Source: Isurus oxyrinchus
Taxonomy: Eukaryota
Assembly: GCA_026770705.1 (NCBI GenBank)
Contig: JANJGN010000041.1
Location: forward strand, 5,084,001 to 5,148,000
Direction: 5' to 3'
DNA length: 64,000 bases
The translations under genes and the position numbers were made by a program. Of the stretch, positions 11,881 to 25,900 are shown piece by piece; positions within the stretch are counted from its first letter, which is position 1, and each line of letters opens with the position of its first letter. Under the pieces are notes generated by a model, which ran no database searches, was not told where the DNA came from, and saw only the letters and a list, made by a program, of their open reading frames with translations.

Positions 11881-14129
11881 CTGAATTTTTCATGCTTTTT
11901 CTCCCTGAACATTAATTTTGCAGAGGAGCCTCAACACTTTGAATATGGAATCGTTTAATCAGTCATATTAAAGGAAAGCAAAATGTAAAGAATATGTTTC
12001 AAGTTAAAAGTTTTGAATTAAAGTTCTTGCCAAAGATCACAACCTGATTATGTGTTCATGAGCAGGTGTGAATTTTACCATAGATACAAATTCAACCAAG
12101 GGGGAATGGGGGGTGTTTTAATGTTCCACAGTGTGAATTGGAACTGTGATGCAGCTGATTCTCCGTTGGAGTTATCTTGGGTCAGACACGTCTTAAAGTG
12201 TTTAAAGATGTTAGGTTTGGCTCCTGATAAATTTGTCAAAGCAGCAAAATCATTTTTAATGAAGTTATCTCCGCTCCACAACCAAACACCTCCACCACAA
12301 AACACGCTGTGGAGTTAATCATGTTGTGCTCATAGCTACTTCCGTTTTAGTTAATGATATAACCTTGTGAATACCAGAATTATATTGGCCGTTATTAGAT
12401 TTCAATTTTCCAAGTTTACAGACGTGAGTGAACATATCAACCCATTGAAGTGTGGGTCATAGGCACGATGAATTGCTTGCGTTTTTTAACAAAGATGATT
12501 ATTCATTAAAGCGCCGTGTGAACCCAAGAGTTTTTTTGAATTAAAGACAGAGAATAAGGTAATTGTGCTCCAGAGGACTGGCCTTACCAGTTCACGCTGC
12601 TTGTTACTACTAGATAACTTTCGAGAAAGAGTGCTTGAGAACGGGACTTCTGAGCAAACTCACCGACCAATGAAGATCGGATTTCTCAAAACCAGTTTTG
12701 AATACCACCAAGCTTCAGCACAGTTGTTTCTGAAACCAGAATTCATAAAATAAATTAGACATGAGCTTATATTTCCCGTTTTCAAAGGGAGACTTAGCTG
12801 ACTTTTAAGGAGATTAACAAACTTTCAAAAGAAGAACGCTAATCGGAAAACAGTTCAGGCGGCTCCTTGGAACAAAAAACAAGTTTGTTTCTAGGAAGGA
12901 ATATATTGAACAATGAATTCAAAATTTGGGCAACATTAAAAATCGGACACAGGCTAACAAGTTACTTTTGTGAAAACATAATTATATTTGAAGAAAGAAC
13001 AAACAGGGCAAAACATGCTAACACCTGCAGTCAAGCATTTGATTCAAATTTGAAAGATATTATCAAAATATTTTCCTTTTGAGCGCATTCGATCATCACT
13101 CCTTGCTAATGGCGTTGCAAGTTGAAAACGAAATGCAGAACAATCATCAGAAATTCAGTCAAACCTTCTCTGTAAGGCTTCAAGGCCATCCTGCCACCAG
13201 TGCATGACTCGTGGTGCAAACTGCACAATGCAGATCTCTTTCTGGAAGTTAGAGCACATGAGAAATGGCTGCGGTCGCCAAGACCCATTCTGAAGAGTAT
13301 AAGATGCTATCATCATTCCATTACAAGCCAAGAAGCAGTTATGCAATGATATCCAGAGGTCTTCTGAATCCAGCCTTCTTGTTATTGTGCTGACAATACT
13401 GCCTTTTCCGGTGCACATTAACAACGTAAGCATTAACCGAGCCCTCCAGTTGCTTTCCCTTCGTAGTGTGAGAAACACCAAATTCCATCACTTTCAGAAT
13501 TTCAGCCTCTGCTTCAGTCCCTCCCTCCGTTCCTGCCTCCACAAACTCTTGTTGTTCTGAAACGTAATCTTTCTGTTTCGAAGTTGATATTTAAATCGGT
13601 TTGTGAGCTGACCTCGAGTTACACTTCCCACGTTCCCGGTTTGGAACTCATGAACTGGAGTGGTCATGTAACCTGGCTCCCCTCACTTTGCCCTACAAAA
13701 TCTTCCCAGGTCTCATGAACGAGATGAGGTGTTCACTATTGTAACTGTATGGCGATTCGTGGAAATGATTGAGGGTAAGATCTAGAATTAGGGTAAATAG
13801 GCACAACATCAAATGGGAATTGGAAGAACCCACCTCCGGTGTCGTTCATGTAATTTATCAATTTGGTGACCATGTATGTTCTAATGATTGTAAAGAGTAG
13901 ATGAGGGGAATAAAGGTAGATTTTTTATTTCTCTTTTGTATATGTGTTTTTCTTTGCCTACGAAATCTTTATGAGAATTGAATTCGAGGCATTGGGACTG
14001 TTGGGGAGCAGAAAAGCAAAGAGCTTGAAATAACGACCGCATTTTATCCTCTTGGAAGTTAACTGGAAAAACAGGATGAATTATCTATTGGCACATCCTT
14101 TTAAATATAATAAAATCACGTATTGAAGT

Positions 14130-14650
14130 TGATTGGTGGAAACCTGTATCCCCTGATTCAGACCTCCAGCCTACAGTAAGATGGAACTTTTGGAGATGAA
14201 TATAATTATTTATCTGTTGATCCAGATCTTTAGCCTACAGTAACAATTATATCTTACAGATGAACTTAAACCCTATATACACTGATACAGATCTCCAGTC
14301 TGCAGGGACAGGGATGTGTTTGATGAGGATTTGAATCTTGTCTCCACTTTTCCAGATCTCCAACCTGGGGTTCCTGGGATGTTGTGGAGTTGAAAGTGAA
14401 TAATGTAACCACTGATCCAGATTTCCAGTCTGGAGTAACCAGCCTCGGTTGCAGATGGGCATGCAGTTAGTGCTACATGGGATGTTGCGAGAAGGTTCTG
14501 AACTCTGTATTCATTTCTCCACATCATCAGTCTGCAGTCATTGCCATGTTGCTCAGCTGAATCTGAAGCATGTACCCACTGATCCAGATCTTTAGTCTGC
14601 AGCTGCTATGATGTTACGTAGTTGTAGAAGAATCCGATCTGCATTGACTC
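14130..14650. repeat. Degenerate ~65-bp minisatellite
   Basis: Core ACTGATCCAGATCTCCAGTCTGCAG recurs at ~14152, 14217, 14281, 14347, 14411 and 14578. Confidence 0.75.
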
Positions 14651-15360
14651 ACTGTGATATACCACACTTGGGGAACTGTGCACATTTTCCCTGGTTCGGA
14701 CACACTAGACTTTCCTGGCTCATGGCGTCAATAACCTCTGCCTGTCTCTTCATCAGGTAGCTGACTGGGATATCCCAGCCTTGGAGGGAAATGCAGACAT
14801 CGCCATTGTAAGGGAGGTGAGAACCGCGTCAAAAAAATGTTTTCCTTTCTTTGAGTGCTGCATGAAGGATAGAGTCACTAAAAGTAAACATGTACCATTG
14901 TGAGCTCTGTCTGCATCTCCGACTGCAGCTGACTGTCATTTCTGTAAGTCACGCTCTGCCGCCTCCTCAAGATGCAGCGCCCGGTGGTCCAGTGCTTTCT
15001 GCTTCATGTGAATAAAACCTGCTGCAGTGCGCAGTGCTCCTTGTCCATGCTCATTTCATATTTGCATCACCGCGCACTGACAAGGGAAGGAGATGGAGGT
15101 TGGGAAATGTTATGGCCGCATTGACATGCGATTATGCCACAACAGATCTGGTCGCAGACACAAACAATTTGCCGCCAATGTCCAAGGCTCGTCCAGCACA
15201 ATCCAGGATATGCCCTGCAACACAAGAAGGGCAGAGGCATCCTGGGTAACGGCAGAGTGGCAGACAGTCCAGTGGGGCAATATTGCCGAGCTCCCAGCAT
15301 TTACTGCAGACACTATGGTGCCTCAAAGCGCATCAGGGCAAAGACAGCAAACGGGGAGAA

Positions 15361-15500
15361 ATAGAAAATACTGTGGATGCTGCTAATCTGAAAAGAAAAT
15401 CCTTAAAATATTGGAAAATTTCAGCAGATTTGACAGCATCTGGGCATAAGAAAGAAACTGACAAACATTTAGGGTCTGTGTGACTCTTCCTAAGAGCCTT
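15361..15500 (-). mobile_element. Old fragment of a Penelope-like element 3' end
   Basis: Reverse complement resembles the 3' end of the element at 53320-53466 (ATGCTG.CAGA.CTGCTGA...TTTCCA...CAGCATCCACAG). Confidence 0.6.
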
Positions 15501-16299
15501 GCATCAGAGGAAGACTCATAGGGACACAGGAAAGAAAGACTCCTGCTGCTTCCCAAATGCCATCTACCCTCAGCTGATGGATATTTTATCCTCTGTGCTG
15601 AACACCACCTTAAAGGAGTAATGGCAGCGCAGATTTCACTCTGATTGTGAGTCCGAGATGTTCCTTACCAGGAATGAATCAGTAGTGGTACGGCTCACGA
15701 GTTGGCTGAGTCATGAAGGAGCTGGAATGCGAGGATTCAAGAACAGGGTTCCTGCTCACCTTCACGAGGGCAACTTACAGTGGGAAGTAACAATGTGGCC
15801 TAACCACATACACCTACTGCCGAAGGAATAATAATAGGCCATATCTGTCGGGGTTGCTCTGTGCCAGCTGGTGAAAGAAACAGCATCAGGCAAATAAAAA
15901 ACATGTCGATATTGTCCTCACAAACTATCGCTGTTGCATGTGCCAATAGTGGTCTTAGTTGGAGTGATATCCGCACAAAGCTTTTGGAGTTGAAGTGTTG
16001 CCTTCACATCAAAGAATCATTCCAGCGTGCTGAAGTCACTCCCACTCTGTTAGATGTGTTACATTCAGAACGGAGCTAACAGCGCTAAACTGGGCATATG
16101 TGAGGCTATGTAGGCCATCAGCAGCAGCAGAATTCTGGCACAACCAAAATCACCAATCATGTCCCGGCTTAAACGGGATAAGCCACTGATTATCCAACTC
16201 CATACCTTTCAGCAAAACTTCCCAATCTAAAATAGCCAATCACTCCTCCGCCCCCATCCCCGAATTCTTTAACACTCTCTTTGTTCAGATTAAGAGCAG

Positions 16300-18050
16300 T
16301 TTCTCTGATTGGAACATAGTACATTGAAACTTAATGAAACATTCTACCATATTACGCTCACTCTTTCCTAAGTGCACCTTTACATCAAGTGTATCAATGA
16401 GCAATGTTCAGTAGCACAAGGCTAGATCTGAAATAAGACGTTCAATGTCTGGTTGTTCAACGTTCTGCTCTAGAACACCATCTTGCAAATGTTGTAAGAA
16501 TTCATTCGCCCAAAACATTAGAAGGAATTAGTTTTACTCACCCTGTAATTACGGTGAAATCTCCCATGATTAGATTTCCGTGCTTCATACAAGAATCTCC
16601 AATGTAATGATATATTCAGAGATGTACATTACCACTGCCGTTTGGTCGACTGTAAACAACTCACTGCAATGTTTTCTGCCCCCTGCTGTCCCTTAGTTGA
16701 CCCAAATTGATTCTATATTTTGATATTTCCAACACCAGGCATTTCTCAGCACTGTACCAATGCCATCTTTGATCAATAGGTTTACTGCAATAACTTTTCC
16801 CAGCTCCTTGTCCTTCCAGAATGACACATGCCTTGGATATTAAGTTCCCAACATTAGTTTGCTTGCAGATACGTCTGTGCAATGTCTAACAGATCAAACA
16901 TATCAATTTCTATTTGAGATTAAAATTCACGTGTTTTCCTGCGAATGCTGCAGGCATTCAGAAACAGAGCCCTTAATTCATTGTTTCATTACCGTTTTTG
17001 CAAACACTGTCCCTGCCTGCTAGCACACTCCTAAACTTGCAATGTCTTCTCCTTTCTTCCATTACCTGATTACTTTCGTCTTTAAGCCTTCAGTCACATG
17101 TTGTCTTGCCATTTCCATTTCATTTATTCCAACTGCCCGAGATGATCTCTTCACCATTTGGTTATTTAAAAACCATCTCTACTTCCTTTGTACCATATCC
17201 CAATCGAACACAGGGCAGGGCACGGTTAAAGTCTAGATTTCCCTAATGCTAAATTTCCCACAGTCCCAGTTGTAGTGCCAGTGCGACTACATCCACACCC
17301 ATTTCTCCTACACTATTTTTGAGACACATATTAATATTCCTAATGTTATTCACCTGACACCGTTTTTTACATCACACCAGTCATAGTTATAGATTGTTAA
17401 CGTTTCTTTTCTGCTGCTTTACCTCGTGCCTATCTCCCCAGAATCGCTATGCAGAAAGTATTTCCTAGTTTTTCCAATGTTTTTTGTACTTACATGGACA
17501 ACGACCCAGTAAATCCACTCCCTCCAAGTTGAAGCTTCTCTACAGCCTGAGCAGGTGTCGCAAAAGGTACAAGCCTGGAGGTAACCCAGCAGCCTGGACT
17601 CATGGCAGCGAACACAACATGACTAAACAGACGCCTATCACTATTATAATCCTCATTGCCCCACCCATTGACAAAACATTGTTCAGCATTGTGTCATAAT
17701 CATTCCACTTGTCTATCTTGCAGTCCTCCCCATTCACAATGGTTCCATCACTTCATACCTATTCAAAAGGTCATGGACCGAGGCTCCTTGAAGTCTCGGT
17801 TCTGGGTGGCCTTATTCACCAGACATGCACTCACACTCCTGCTCGTGACCATTGAACAATCTGAAGTTCTCTCTAAGCTAAGGGGAATGACTGCCTTCTG
17901 GGGCAAAGTTCCCAAGCAACATTTGCCCCCCATTGACTCCCGACAAATGCTTCACAATTTCCGCAGCTCATAATCCAGCTCAATGTATTCAATGTACTCC
18001 ATCGAAATGTACATACTGCTATAATGGCACACCGCCAGCCTGCCACTGCT
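16300..18050 (-). mobile_element. Decayed CR1-type LINE (ORF1 and 5' ORF2)
   Basis: Minus-strand similarity to the 3500-6050 element: esterase-like block at ~17480-17600 and endonuclease-like WQLNIQG segment at ~16830-16860. Confidence 0.65.
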
Positions 18051-20769
18051 GACAACCTTACTCATTTAATTGGCCAATTAGGTAATAATTTACAGAGATA
18101 CAGAATGTTGTGCTCAGCTATTTTGGAGACGAGGAGGAAAGCTGTCCAATGACCGGGTGCTGACAAAAGTAGGAAAAGAAACAAGTCTTGACCTCACTTT
18201 CGCAAGTAACCATCTGATCCAGAATCCCAACTCCTCACTCAGTCCACATCTGTCTCAGATGTAGCCGCGAGTCCATGCCTCCTGTTTGACATGCACTTTG
18301 AACAACCCAGTGTTTTTATAAAACATCTATTGAATCCCCAGCTAGCTCAGCATTCTCTGACGATAGTTAATATTTATTAAGGGGAATTACATACAGTGCC
18401 ATGGTGCTGGTGTGATGGCCCAGAAAGAGGACACCGTGCGGAGGAATCAGACAATACGACCAGATGATGTTTTAATGCTGAGTAATTGGTAGCGGTGTGA
18501 CTTCTGCACCAGTTCTTCAGCTGGATCTTAAATGTTTGAAGCTTGTACACTTCTCAATAAAATCTTCAAAAAGGAAACCACGCTGTAACCACGTTGTGTC
18601 CTGATTTTCAACGTTAACACACCAAACATAGAAAAAGGATTGGTAAAATGAATGTTAACATTTTGAAACTTGAAAATACACAGAATTTGGCGAAAGGTAG
18701 CCAAGGAAAATTACAGCTGATTAATGTCTAACGCCATCAAACAACTGTTGGATCACTTGTGTGCCATGTTAACATCAAGTGAAGATGCACTGAAGGTGTG
18801 AAGGACAAAAGGTAGATTTGCTTGAGAAGTATGAAAGCATCAACCCTTGCAGATCTGTGCATCTCTAGTCGGTTTCCCTTTGTTCTTCACTGTGGCAACA
18901 TCTGAATGATTTGAAAAGCGATTTCTGAGCTTAATTTCAGACTTAGGAATGCTGTGGGTCCGCAGTCAAATGCAGGTTAGACCTGGTTAAGATGGCTGTT
19001 CTCCTCCCTAAGTATTCAAGATGGGCCGTCCATACAGTCCTTGAATCTCTTGCTGGACGCAACTGATAAAAGTTATTTTTTATAGAGTAGGATCAGAACA
19101 GACGCCCCCTTCCTGCAACCCTGCATTGAGCTCGCCGCTGGTGACATACAAAATTTCCGGGCTGCCATCCCCTGGGACAGCTTTGAAAGTCGTGAACTGA
19201 GCCGTTTTTTTAGGATCAGTTGGTAAATCCGTGAGTCTGGAGACACTTTTGTTTCCTTTGGAGTTACTGATTACTGGCGGGTACATCCTGCAGCTGCACC
19301 TACATCAGTCACTTTGTCTAACACCTCTGCCACAACTGCACAGCCCAATTTTCCTTCCACTCCGGTCTGCCCTTCGGAAGACCCTCCCCCCTCACAACCA
19401 CAATCCCCACAATTCTGTCTCCCCTGCTCCCCACTGTCAACACCTTCTTCCCATGACTGCTCTTCCCATTGGTCCCACACTGCATTGGAGCTGCGAGAAC
19501 TCGATGGGCCGAATGGCCTGCTAGACATTACTGTCTCAAACTTTTGTTGGAATCAATTGTATTCCAAAGGTGGGCTTTGGCTGCAGTCTAATATGATTTC
19601 AGGTATGTGAAAGCGAGGTAAAATGCTGGTCGTGTGTGCTCTATGCATTTCGCGTGCACAGTGCTCAATACCATTCAACTGAGTTGGAATACATACGGGT
19701 CGTGTTCGGACGCTTATGGGTCTGTTAAATATTTGCTGGGGGGGAAAGGGTAGACCAACGGCCACTTACCATCCAGCCTGATAGTTTAGCACAAGTGCGG
19801 GAGGATGGGAAAATAATGAATCATCACAAGATAAGATCCAACAGCCCATTGCTGGTCAGTCTGGAGAAAACAAAAGCTGTCCATTGCCAAACGTCCACAA
19901 AATTAAGCGCCATTTCACTTGATAAACACTGAAGGGTTCGCTTCAGTGTGACGTTTCAAACGGGCCCTGAAAGGTTTTTTTTTATTTTTGTTCCCGGTTG
20001 GCAATTAAATTAATTTAAAATTGTTGATTGAGGTTAACACGGAAACAGCTGGGCTCAGTTTCACCCAATTCCAGATTGAGCACAATATTCTTCTCGCATT
20101 ACCTGTGGTCACCTTGCACGATCTCTGGGTCTTGTAGACTGTCAGGCATACAGTGTCACCCTGCCCTGAGACTCTGCTGCAAAGGGTGAGGGAGCACAGA
20201 TTGTTATAACAGCTCACAGGACATTTGAATGGCGATATAAAAGAGGAAGAAAGATTCTCACTTCAGCAATGGTGAATGAGGCCATTTCACCCTCCTGTCG
20301 CTTTCTCCCTAAAATAGATCCTGCTTCCTGCCCTCCATTTGTTCTCTAATGGGACACCTATCAAGATGCCAATAACCAAGAGCTCCCCTCCCTGCGTGAA
20401 ACATAGGAGGTACCAGTATGAACAAGGAGCACAGGACTCACTATTTTTAGTTGATATTTGTAGGAGGCACTGTCTTAAACTACCTGACCCACAATGTTGC
20501 CTCAGGCAAAACGAGACTTAACGTCGATTTTTGCTTAAGATGAACTACGAATCGGGGTGTGCATCGTCATGAACAAAACGCACTGAACGAATTGTACTAA
20601 TTAGTCACTGGTGAAAACCACTAACACTCTCGCTTGCACCCCTGCACACCATCATTCACACACGAATCGACTGTGCTATGTGTTGGAAAACATGCGAAAG
20701 AAATAGAGATACAAGGAGGAAGACTGGAAAGGCTGGATGAACAGAGTGGGGCCCTCATATCAAAATATT

Positions 20770-21040
20770 TACGATTATGAAAGATTTATTTTAACATACT
20801 GGATGCAGAGCAAAGATTTGCTCTAACGACAATGCTTATAAAACGAGGTCTTAAATAAGAAACAATTGCCAAGAGAACTCACAGGGAATTCAAGAATACT
20901 TACTTCCACAGAGAGAGATGAGAATGTGGGAGTCATTACCAAACGGAGTGCTCTGTTGTATACATTAGCTCTATTTAAGTGGAAGCTATGCAGTCATATT
21001 CCAGGGACAGAAATAGACGGACACCCTAACTAGTTATGAT
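20770..21040 (+). mobile_element. CR1 3' fragment
   Basis: TTCCACAGAGAGAGATGAGAATGTGGGAGTCATTACC matches the CR1 ORF2 C-terminal F.QRVV..WNSLP motif. Confidence 0.55.
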
Positions 21041-21604
21041 TTGAATGGTCAGGCTCTTTCGGTCGGGCGTCTAACTTTTCAGGGGTCTCTGCTTAAGGGG
21101 TCGTGGTGGAGGGGAGTGAAGGCACCATTTCACCCTGCTGCTCTTCTCTGCAGCTACAGCTGGTGCTGTTTGGCCTCACCCCATTTTCCCATTCACCAGA
21201 AAGAACAACGAGTAATCTCCGCAGCCCCCGTCCCCCACTCAAGCAGGATGCCCCTGTCTAGCAATTTCCTTTACCCCCTGTCCAACATAATCCGTTATTT
21301 TAGAATTGCCTCTGCCTTGGGTGATGTGTTTTTGAGACAGTGGCTTCATCACTGATAGAAAGGGACTGTGTGTCCCGCTAAACTACCATTCCGTTTCAAA
21401 GTTAAGCCTTGTCTACAGTGCAGCATCATCAGCGTTACACCACCCATCCAGTTTGAGTTCTACCAAACTACGTGATCTCTCCCCACGAGGACATTGCTCC
21501 CAGTTCTCTGCGAAGCCATCAATTCGGTTTGGATGGTGCCTCCTGCCCAGGCCTTCTTCAACACATTCATGATATGGACCAATAACTCCTCAAGTGAGTG
21601 GTTT

Positions 21605-22900
21605 GATTTTATTCATTCATGGGTTGGAAAGCTCGCTGGCTGGGGGAAATGTATTGCCCATCCCAAGTTGCCATTGTGAAGGTGGTGATGAGCTGCCTTT
21701 TGAACGGTTGCAGTGTCTGTCGTATACCTACAACAACAGGGCTGTTAGGAGGTGTTGCGGGGTGGTGTTGGTCGTACCAAAGGATACTGGCCCAGCGACA
21801 GTTAAGTAACACTGATGCATTTCCAAAATGGATGGACGTGTCTTGGGGAGGGGATTGAAGATTGTTTTGCTGCCATCTATCTCCTTACCTTCTTCAAGGT
21901 GCAATTGCCGTAAGCTGGAAGGTGCAGTCGAAGGAGTCGTGTTTTTTTTCCTTGCAGTGCATTTTATAGACGGTATGCACTGCTGCTTTTGTGCATCGGT
22001 GAAGGAGGGAGTGAATGATTGGTTTAGCATCATCATCAAGCGGACTGCTTTTCCTGGATGGTGACGAAATTCTGTACTGTTTTGGAGCTGTGCTCATCCT
22101 TAAAAATAGAGAGTATTCCGTCAAACTTCCGACTTGTGCTTGATAGGCAGTGGACAGCATTTGGGGAGTAAGGAAGTGTGTAACTCCTCTGTCAATTCTT
22201 GGCAGCTGAACTGCTTTTTTAGCCACGTAACCTAGGTGACTAGTCTAGATCAGTTTGTGGTAAATGGCGACCTCCTGAAAGTAGATAGTGGGGGGATTCA
22301 GTGAGGGGATGCCATTGATTGCCTAGGGGCAACTGTTAGATTGTCTCTTGATGGAGATGGTCATTGTCTGGCACTTTTCTGGCTTGATTGTTACTTGCAA
22401 CTTTTCCGCAACGTGCTGGATATTTTCGAGGGCCTGTATTTCTTTTTCCTGACACGTTGTTTCTCAGTACCAACCATCCCACCCTCACCCATGCCCACCA
22501 CCATCCTCCTCGGAGGATGAGATGTGCTATGTTATTCACAATCAGTTCGGCAGGAACTTAATACCCTGCATGGCTGGAGGGGCCACAACATCCTGACCAG
22601 GTCATGCTGCATTTGAACCTGGGCTGCTTCATTTTCTGAGGAATCACGAATGCTCCTGAACATTGTGCAAACGTCAGTGAACATCCCCACTTCCGACCAG
22701 ATGATAGATGGACACACATTTATGAAGCAACTGACGCCGTTTGGCACTCGGGAATTACCCTGAGGAAATCCTAAAGAGTGTTGTCTTCCTTTGCACCTAA
22801 GGCGTGTTACCAAACGTCAACAATTTTATTCCGGCTCATTGAGGCCACCCACGGTCAAATACTGCCTTTCTGTCAACGGCTGTCACTCTCCTCTCGCCTC
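21605..22900 (-). mobile_element. CR1/L2-group LINE (second family), RT domain to 3' end
   Basis: Minus ORF 22532-22813 reads GFPQGNSRVPNGVSCFINVCPSIIWSEVGMFTDVCTMF, a degraded GVPQGSVLGP..F..FINDLP...FADD motif. The 3' tail ...CCCATGAATGAATAAAA lies at ~21605-21625. Confidence 0.8.
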
Positions 22901-23896
22901 AGGAAATAGAGCTTTTCTCCAGTTTGTATTCATACTTTGTTTTATAATGATTAACCAAAACATCTGGAAAGGTTATATTTAATTTAATATGACTTGTGGC
23001 TGTTGTGGAAGTGCACACCAGGCCTGAAGAGATCATGGAGAGATAAAGAATGTTCTTGGCTCTTACCTTGCGGTGCTGGTAATGGTGAAAAACCCTGAAT
23101 GTCATCTCTATGGAGCGTGCAATGACACAGATATTCTGTTGAGCTCAACTAAGGGAAAAGGCCAGAAGTTGTAACATGTCCAAGTCAAATCTCCACCGAA
23201 ACCTTTGGATCAAGATGTATAGCTGACTGCTCAGCACTTATGTACAATCATAATTTGTTTTATTGTGGCTGGTTCGTATCATGTTGAGTGGCTGCTCAGT
23301 AGAACAGACCTTTAAACGATCACTCTGCCAACATCTCTGCTTGTCGCACTCCCCTTCCATCCTGCACTCAGACAACATTAGCTCTCCTGCCCCATGTCAC
23401 ACCACCTTACCGTCAATCAGTCACCCATTACAACTCGTCACCCAAACTCCCACGGCACACTAGCACCTGGTAACACTCCCCTTCAAACCATCAACACTAA
23501 TTTCCCCATTCCCAATGATGCCTCATCGCATGCAATTTTCCTCCATCAACCCTGCTACTCTTCTGTCCACACTGCTATTCCAAGGCTGCCTGCCATCAGG
23601 CCTGGATATCCCTATCAACCCATATCTTCTTCGTTACAAATTTCACCTCAATAGCCTCAGCTTCCCCCATCAACATTAGCTCCTCACCTCTAACTTCTCC
23701 AACATCCCTGCTTACCCCATAACCTCCGATTTCCACCCTCAAACCGTCTTTTCTTCTCCAATAACTTCCATTTAATTGTCCTGGCCTTCGAGCATATCAA
23801 CAACCGTCTGGTCAATAAGGTAGAATGATTCCGAAATGTTCAGTAAGTCCTTACGCAACTTGTAAGTTTTGTATTGTACATTTCTCTTTCGCTCAG

Positions 23897-24709
23897 CTAA
23901 CAAAGTGATGATTGTGTCACTTTTGCAGATAGTGTGGTCTCTCCAAATGTGACACTCGGCAGATGCTGACTATGGCTGGTTTTCTTAGCCTGATATTTCG
24001 GCTCTTTCTGATAGTTTTAGGAAAAGAGTTTCGTTTCTTCAACTCCACCCCCGTGCGTAATGCCAACACTATCAGAAACTGACTGTTCTCCCTGGTTCAC
24101 AGTCACTCACACCATTGAAATCTCTGTAGCCATTTTTTAGCAAAATCTGAAGAGTAAGTATGGTGTTGGCGGAACAGCGGCTGAGCTTCGGGTAATAGTG
24201 ACTGTTTTGGTATGTTTAAGGAAAATTTCCCGATATTTTTTGAAAGCCAATGAGTATTGGCTGACGATAAAAGTCCATTCTGTTATGTGACAATAAATGA
24301 CCTGCATTCTCAGTTTTGGAGAAAAATCGAGTTCCTTGATCACATTCTAACGCCGGAGAGGCTATTTGCCCCGCTTCTGCTGTTGAATGGTTTCACTGTC
24401 AGGCACAGGTTAATGACCAGCAGAAATTGCAGGACACTCTGGGTAATCAGAAACATGGAAGATCGAAGGGAACCCAACAATTTGCTTTTGTCCTCTCAAC
24501 CAATTGCATCAAGTTATGGTCAACGTTTATGGTTTACTCATTGTGGTGGCAGATGTTGGATATGTTGTCCAGTTTGATGCATCCAGAAACCTTGCACAAT
24601 GGTTTAATTCATTCTGCAGCTCCTGAGTTGATTCAGAATCATTTGTGTTTGTACTATGACTCAGAATATGTTGCGATTGCATTTGGAGAACGTTCTAGGA
24701 TATGATTAA
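23897..24709 (+). pseudogene. GPR139-like GPCR pseudogene (major exon), closer to paralog 1
   Basis: Acceptor tttctctttcgctcag ends at 23896. Broken translation: ANKVMIV / CGLSKCDTRQMLTMA / TDCSPWFTVTHTIEISVAIF*QNLKSKY / WRKIEFLDHILTP..LLLLNGFTVRHRLMTS / FILQLLS / TQNMLRLHLENVLGYD*. It is collinear with 12-889 but has an in-frame stop, frameshifts and deletions. Confidence 0.85.
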
Positions 24710-25259
24710 AATAACTGAAACACTGTTCGTGTGCAGCATTGTCCACTGCTCCTTCAGGTTTTCAGCGTCTGGAGGGGCTTGCCAGAAAGGCAAATGAAAA
24801 ATCTTGGGGCTTGTCGCTAATGATAACATTGTCTGTTGAACAATTGACTTTTACAACATGAAGTTTCCTCGCTCTGATTAGACATCATAGTACCAAGAAT
24901 AACAGAACTCACATTGGGCAATCCACTGGTCCACTTTTCTTCTCCTTCACAACCATCTGCAAGGGCCCCTCCCAGCAGCATCACCCACATAACCCAGCAC
25001 CCCCACCCACCACCCCTAAACTTCATTTGGCCAGCCCATTTGTCCATCATAACGCATTCCACAATTGTCCCTTGCAGATGTTGCACCTATTTTGTGGATT
25101 GATGAGGTGAGTTACAAAGTGTTGCCAGACCCCGGCCTGTTCTTTTTTTAGCAAAATTATTAATCGATTTACTGAAGAACATGAAAAATATGTGTCACAG
25201 TGATGTTGCCAAAAGGGACATTGTCTTTGTTAAATAACTCTACGAGCCTCCACGCATCT

Positions 25260-25900
25260 TGACTCATCCATGTCCACCATTGTTACCCTCCATGTCACAC
25301 TCTCTCAGCTGCTTTCCTGGTTTGGCCTTGAAGAGATTCATTATGTTCACCTGAACCATCCCATCTCGTAGCGAGTTCCACATTCTCACCAATCTCTGGA
25401 CATGAGGTCTCTCCTGAATTCCCGATTGGATAATTTGCTGATTGTCATACATTCATGACCATATAGTTGCGTCCCTCCCCATAAGATGAAACATTCTCTC
25501 TGTATCCAATCACTCAAAAAGCCTGCTTTTAAACTCCTCTATTGTGCCATCCCGGAGACTTGTTTACAATTTTCCAGAGAGAAGTGTCACAGCCTGAAAA
25601 GTCCTCCTGAGATGTGTACCCGCACATTCCTGCATCATCCTTATCAATCCTGCCTGCACTAGTGCCTCTATATTGCTTTTATAACCATGCATGTTGACCA
25701 TGAGTGTAATTGCCTAACTTTGGTCAACCAAAGTTTTAATCGGGTACAGCATATCCTTCTGACTTTTCAATTCTATCCCCTAAGGCATGAAGCCAAGTGT
25801 GTGGTTCGGAATTTTTAACGCCCGGTTAACATATAGGTCTACTTTCAATGGTGGAGTTATTTTTACTCACAAATCGCTAAGTACCTCTTCCCCTTCGAGA
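25260..25900 (-). mobile_element. CR1 3' fragment
   Basis: Minus ORF 25264-25452 contains QRLVRMWNSLRDGMVQVNIMNLFKAK, the CR1 ORF2 C-terminus. Confidence 0.7.

Noticed and set aside
14130-14650. CRISPR-like repeat-spacer appearance (also 2338-2840 and 62590-63135)
   Set aside because: Vertebrate context, no cas genes, degenerate repeats and mutually homologous 'spacers'. These are minisatellites.
14660-15100. Possible Harbinger-associated Myb/SANT remnant on the minus strand
   Set aside because: Only a vague resemblance, with no recognisable conserved Trp motif or TIR.
19960-20005. GTTCCCG|GTTGG as a possible exon 1 of the GPCR pseudogene
   Set aside because: No YYP..A.IG-like coding sequence upstream, and the donor is poor.
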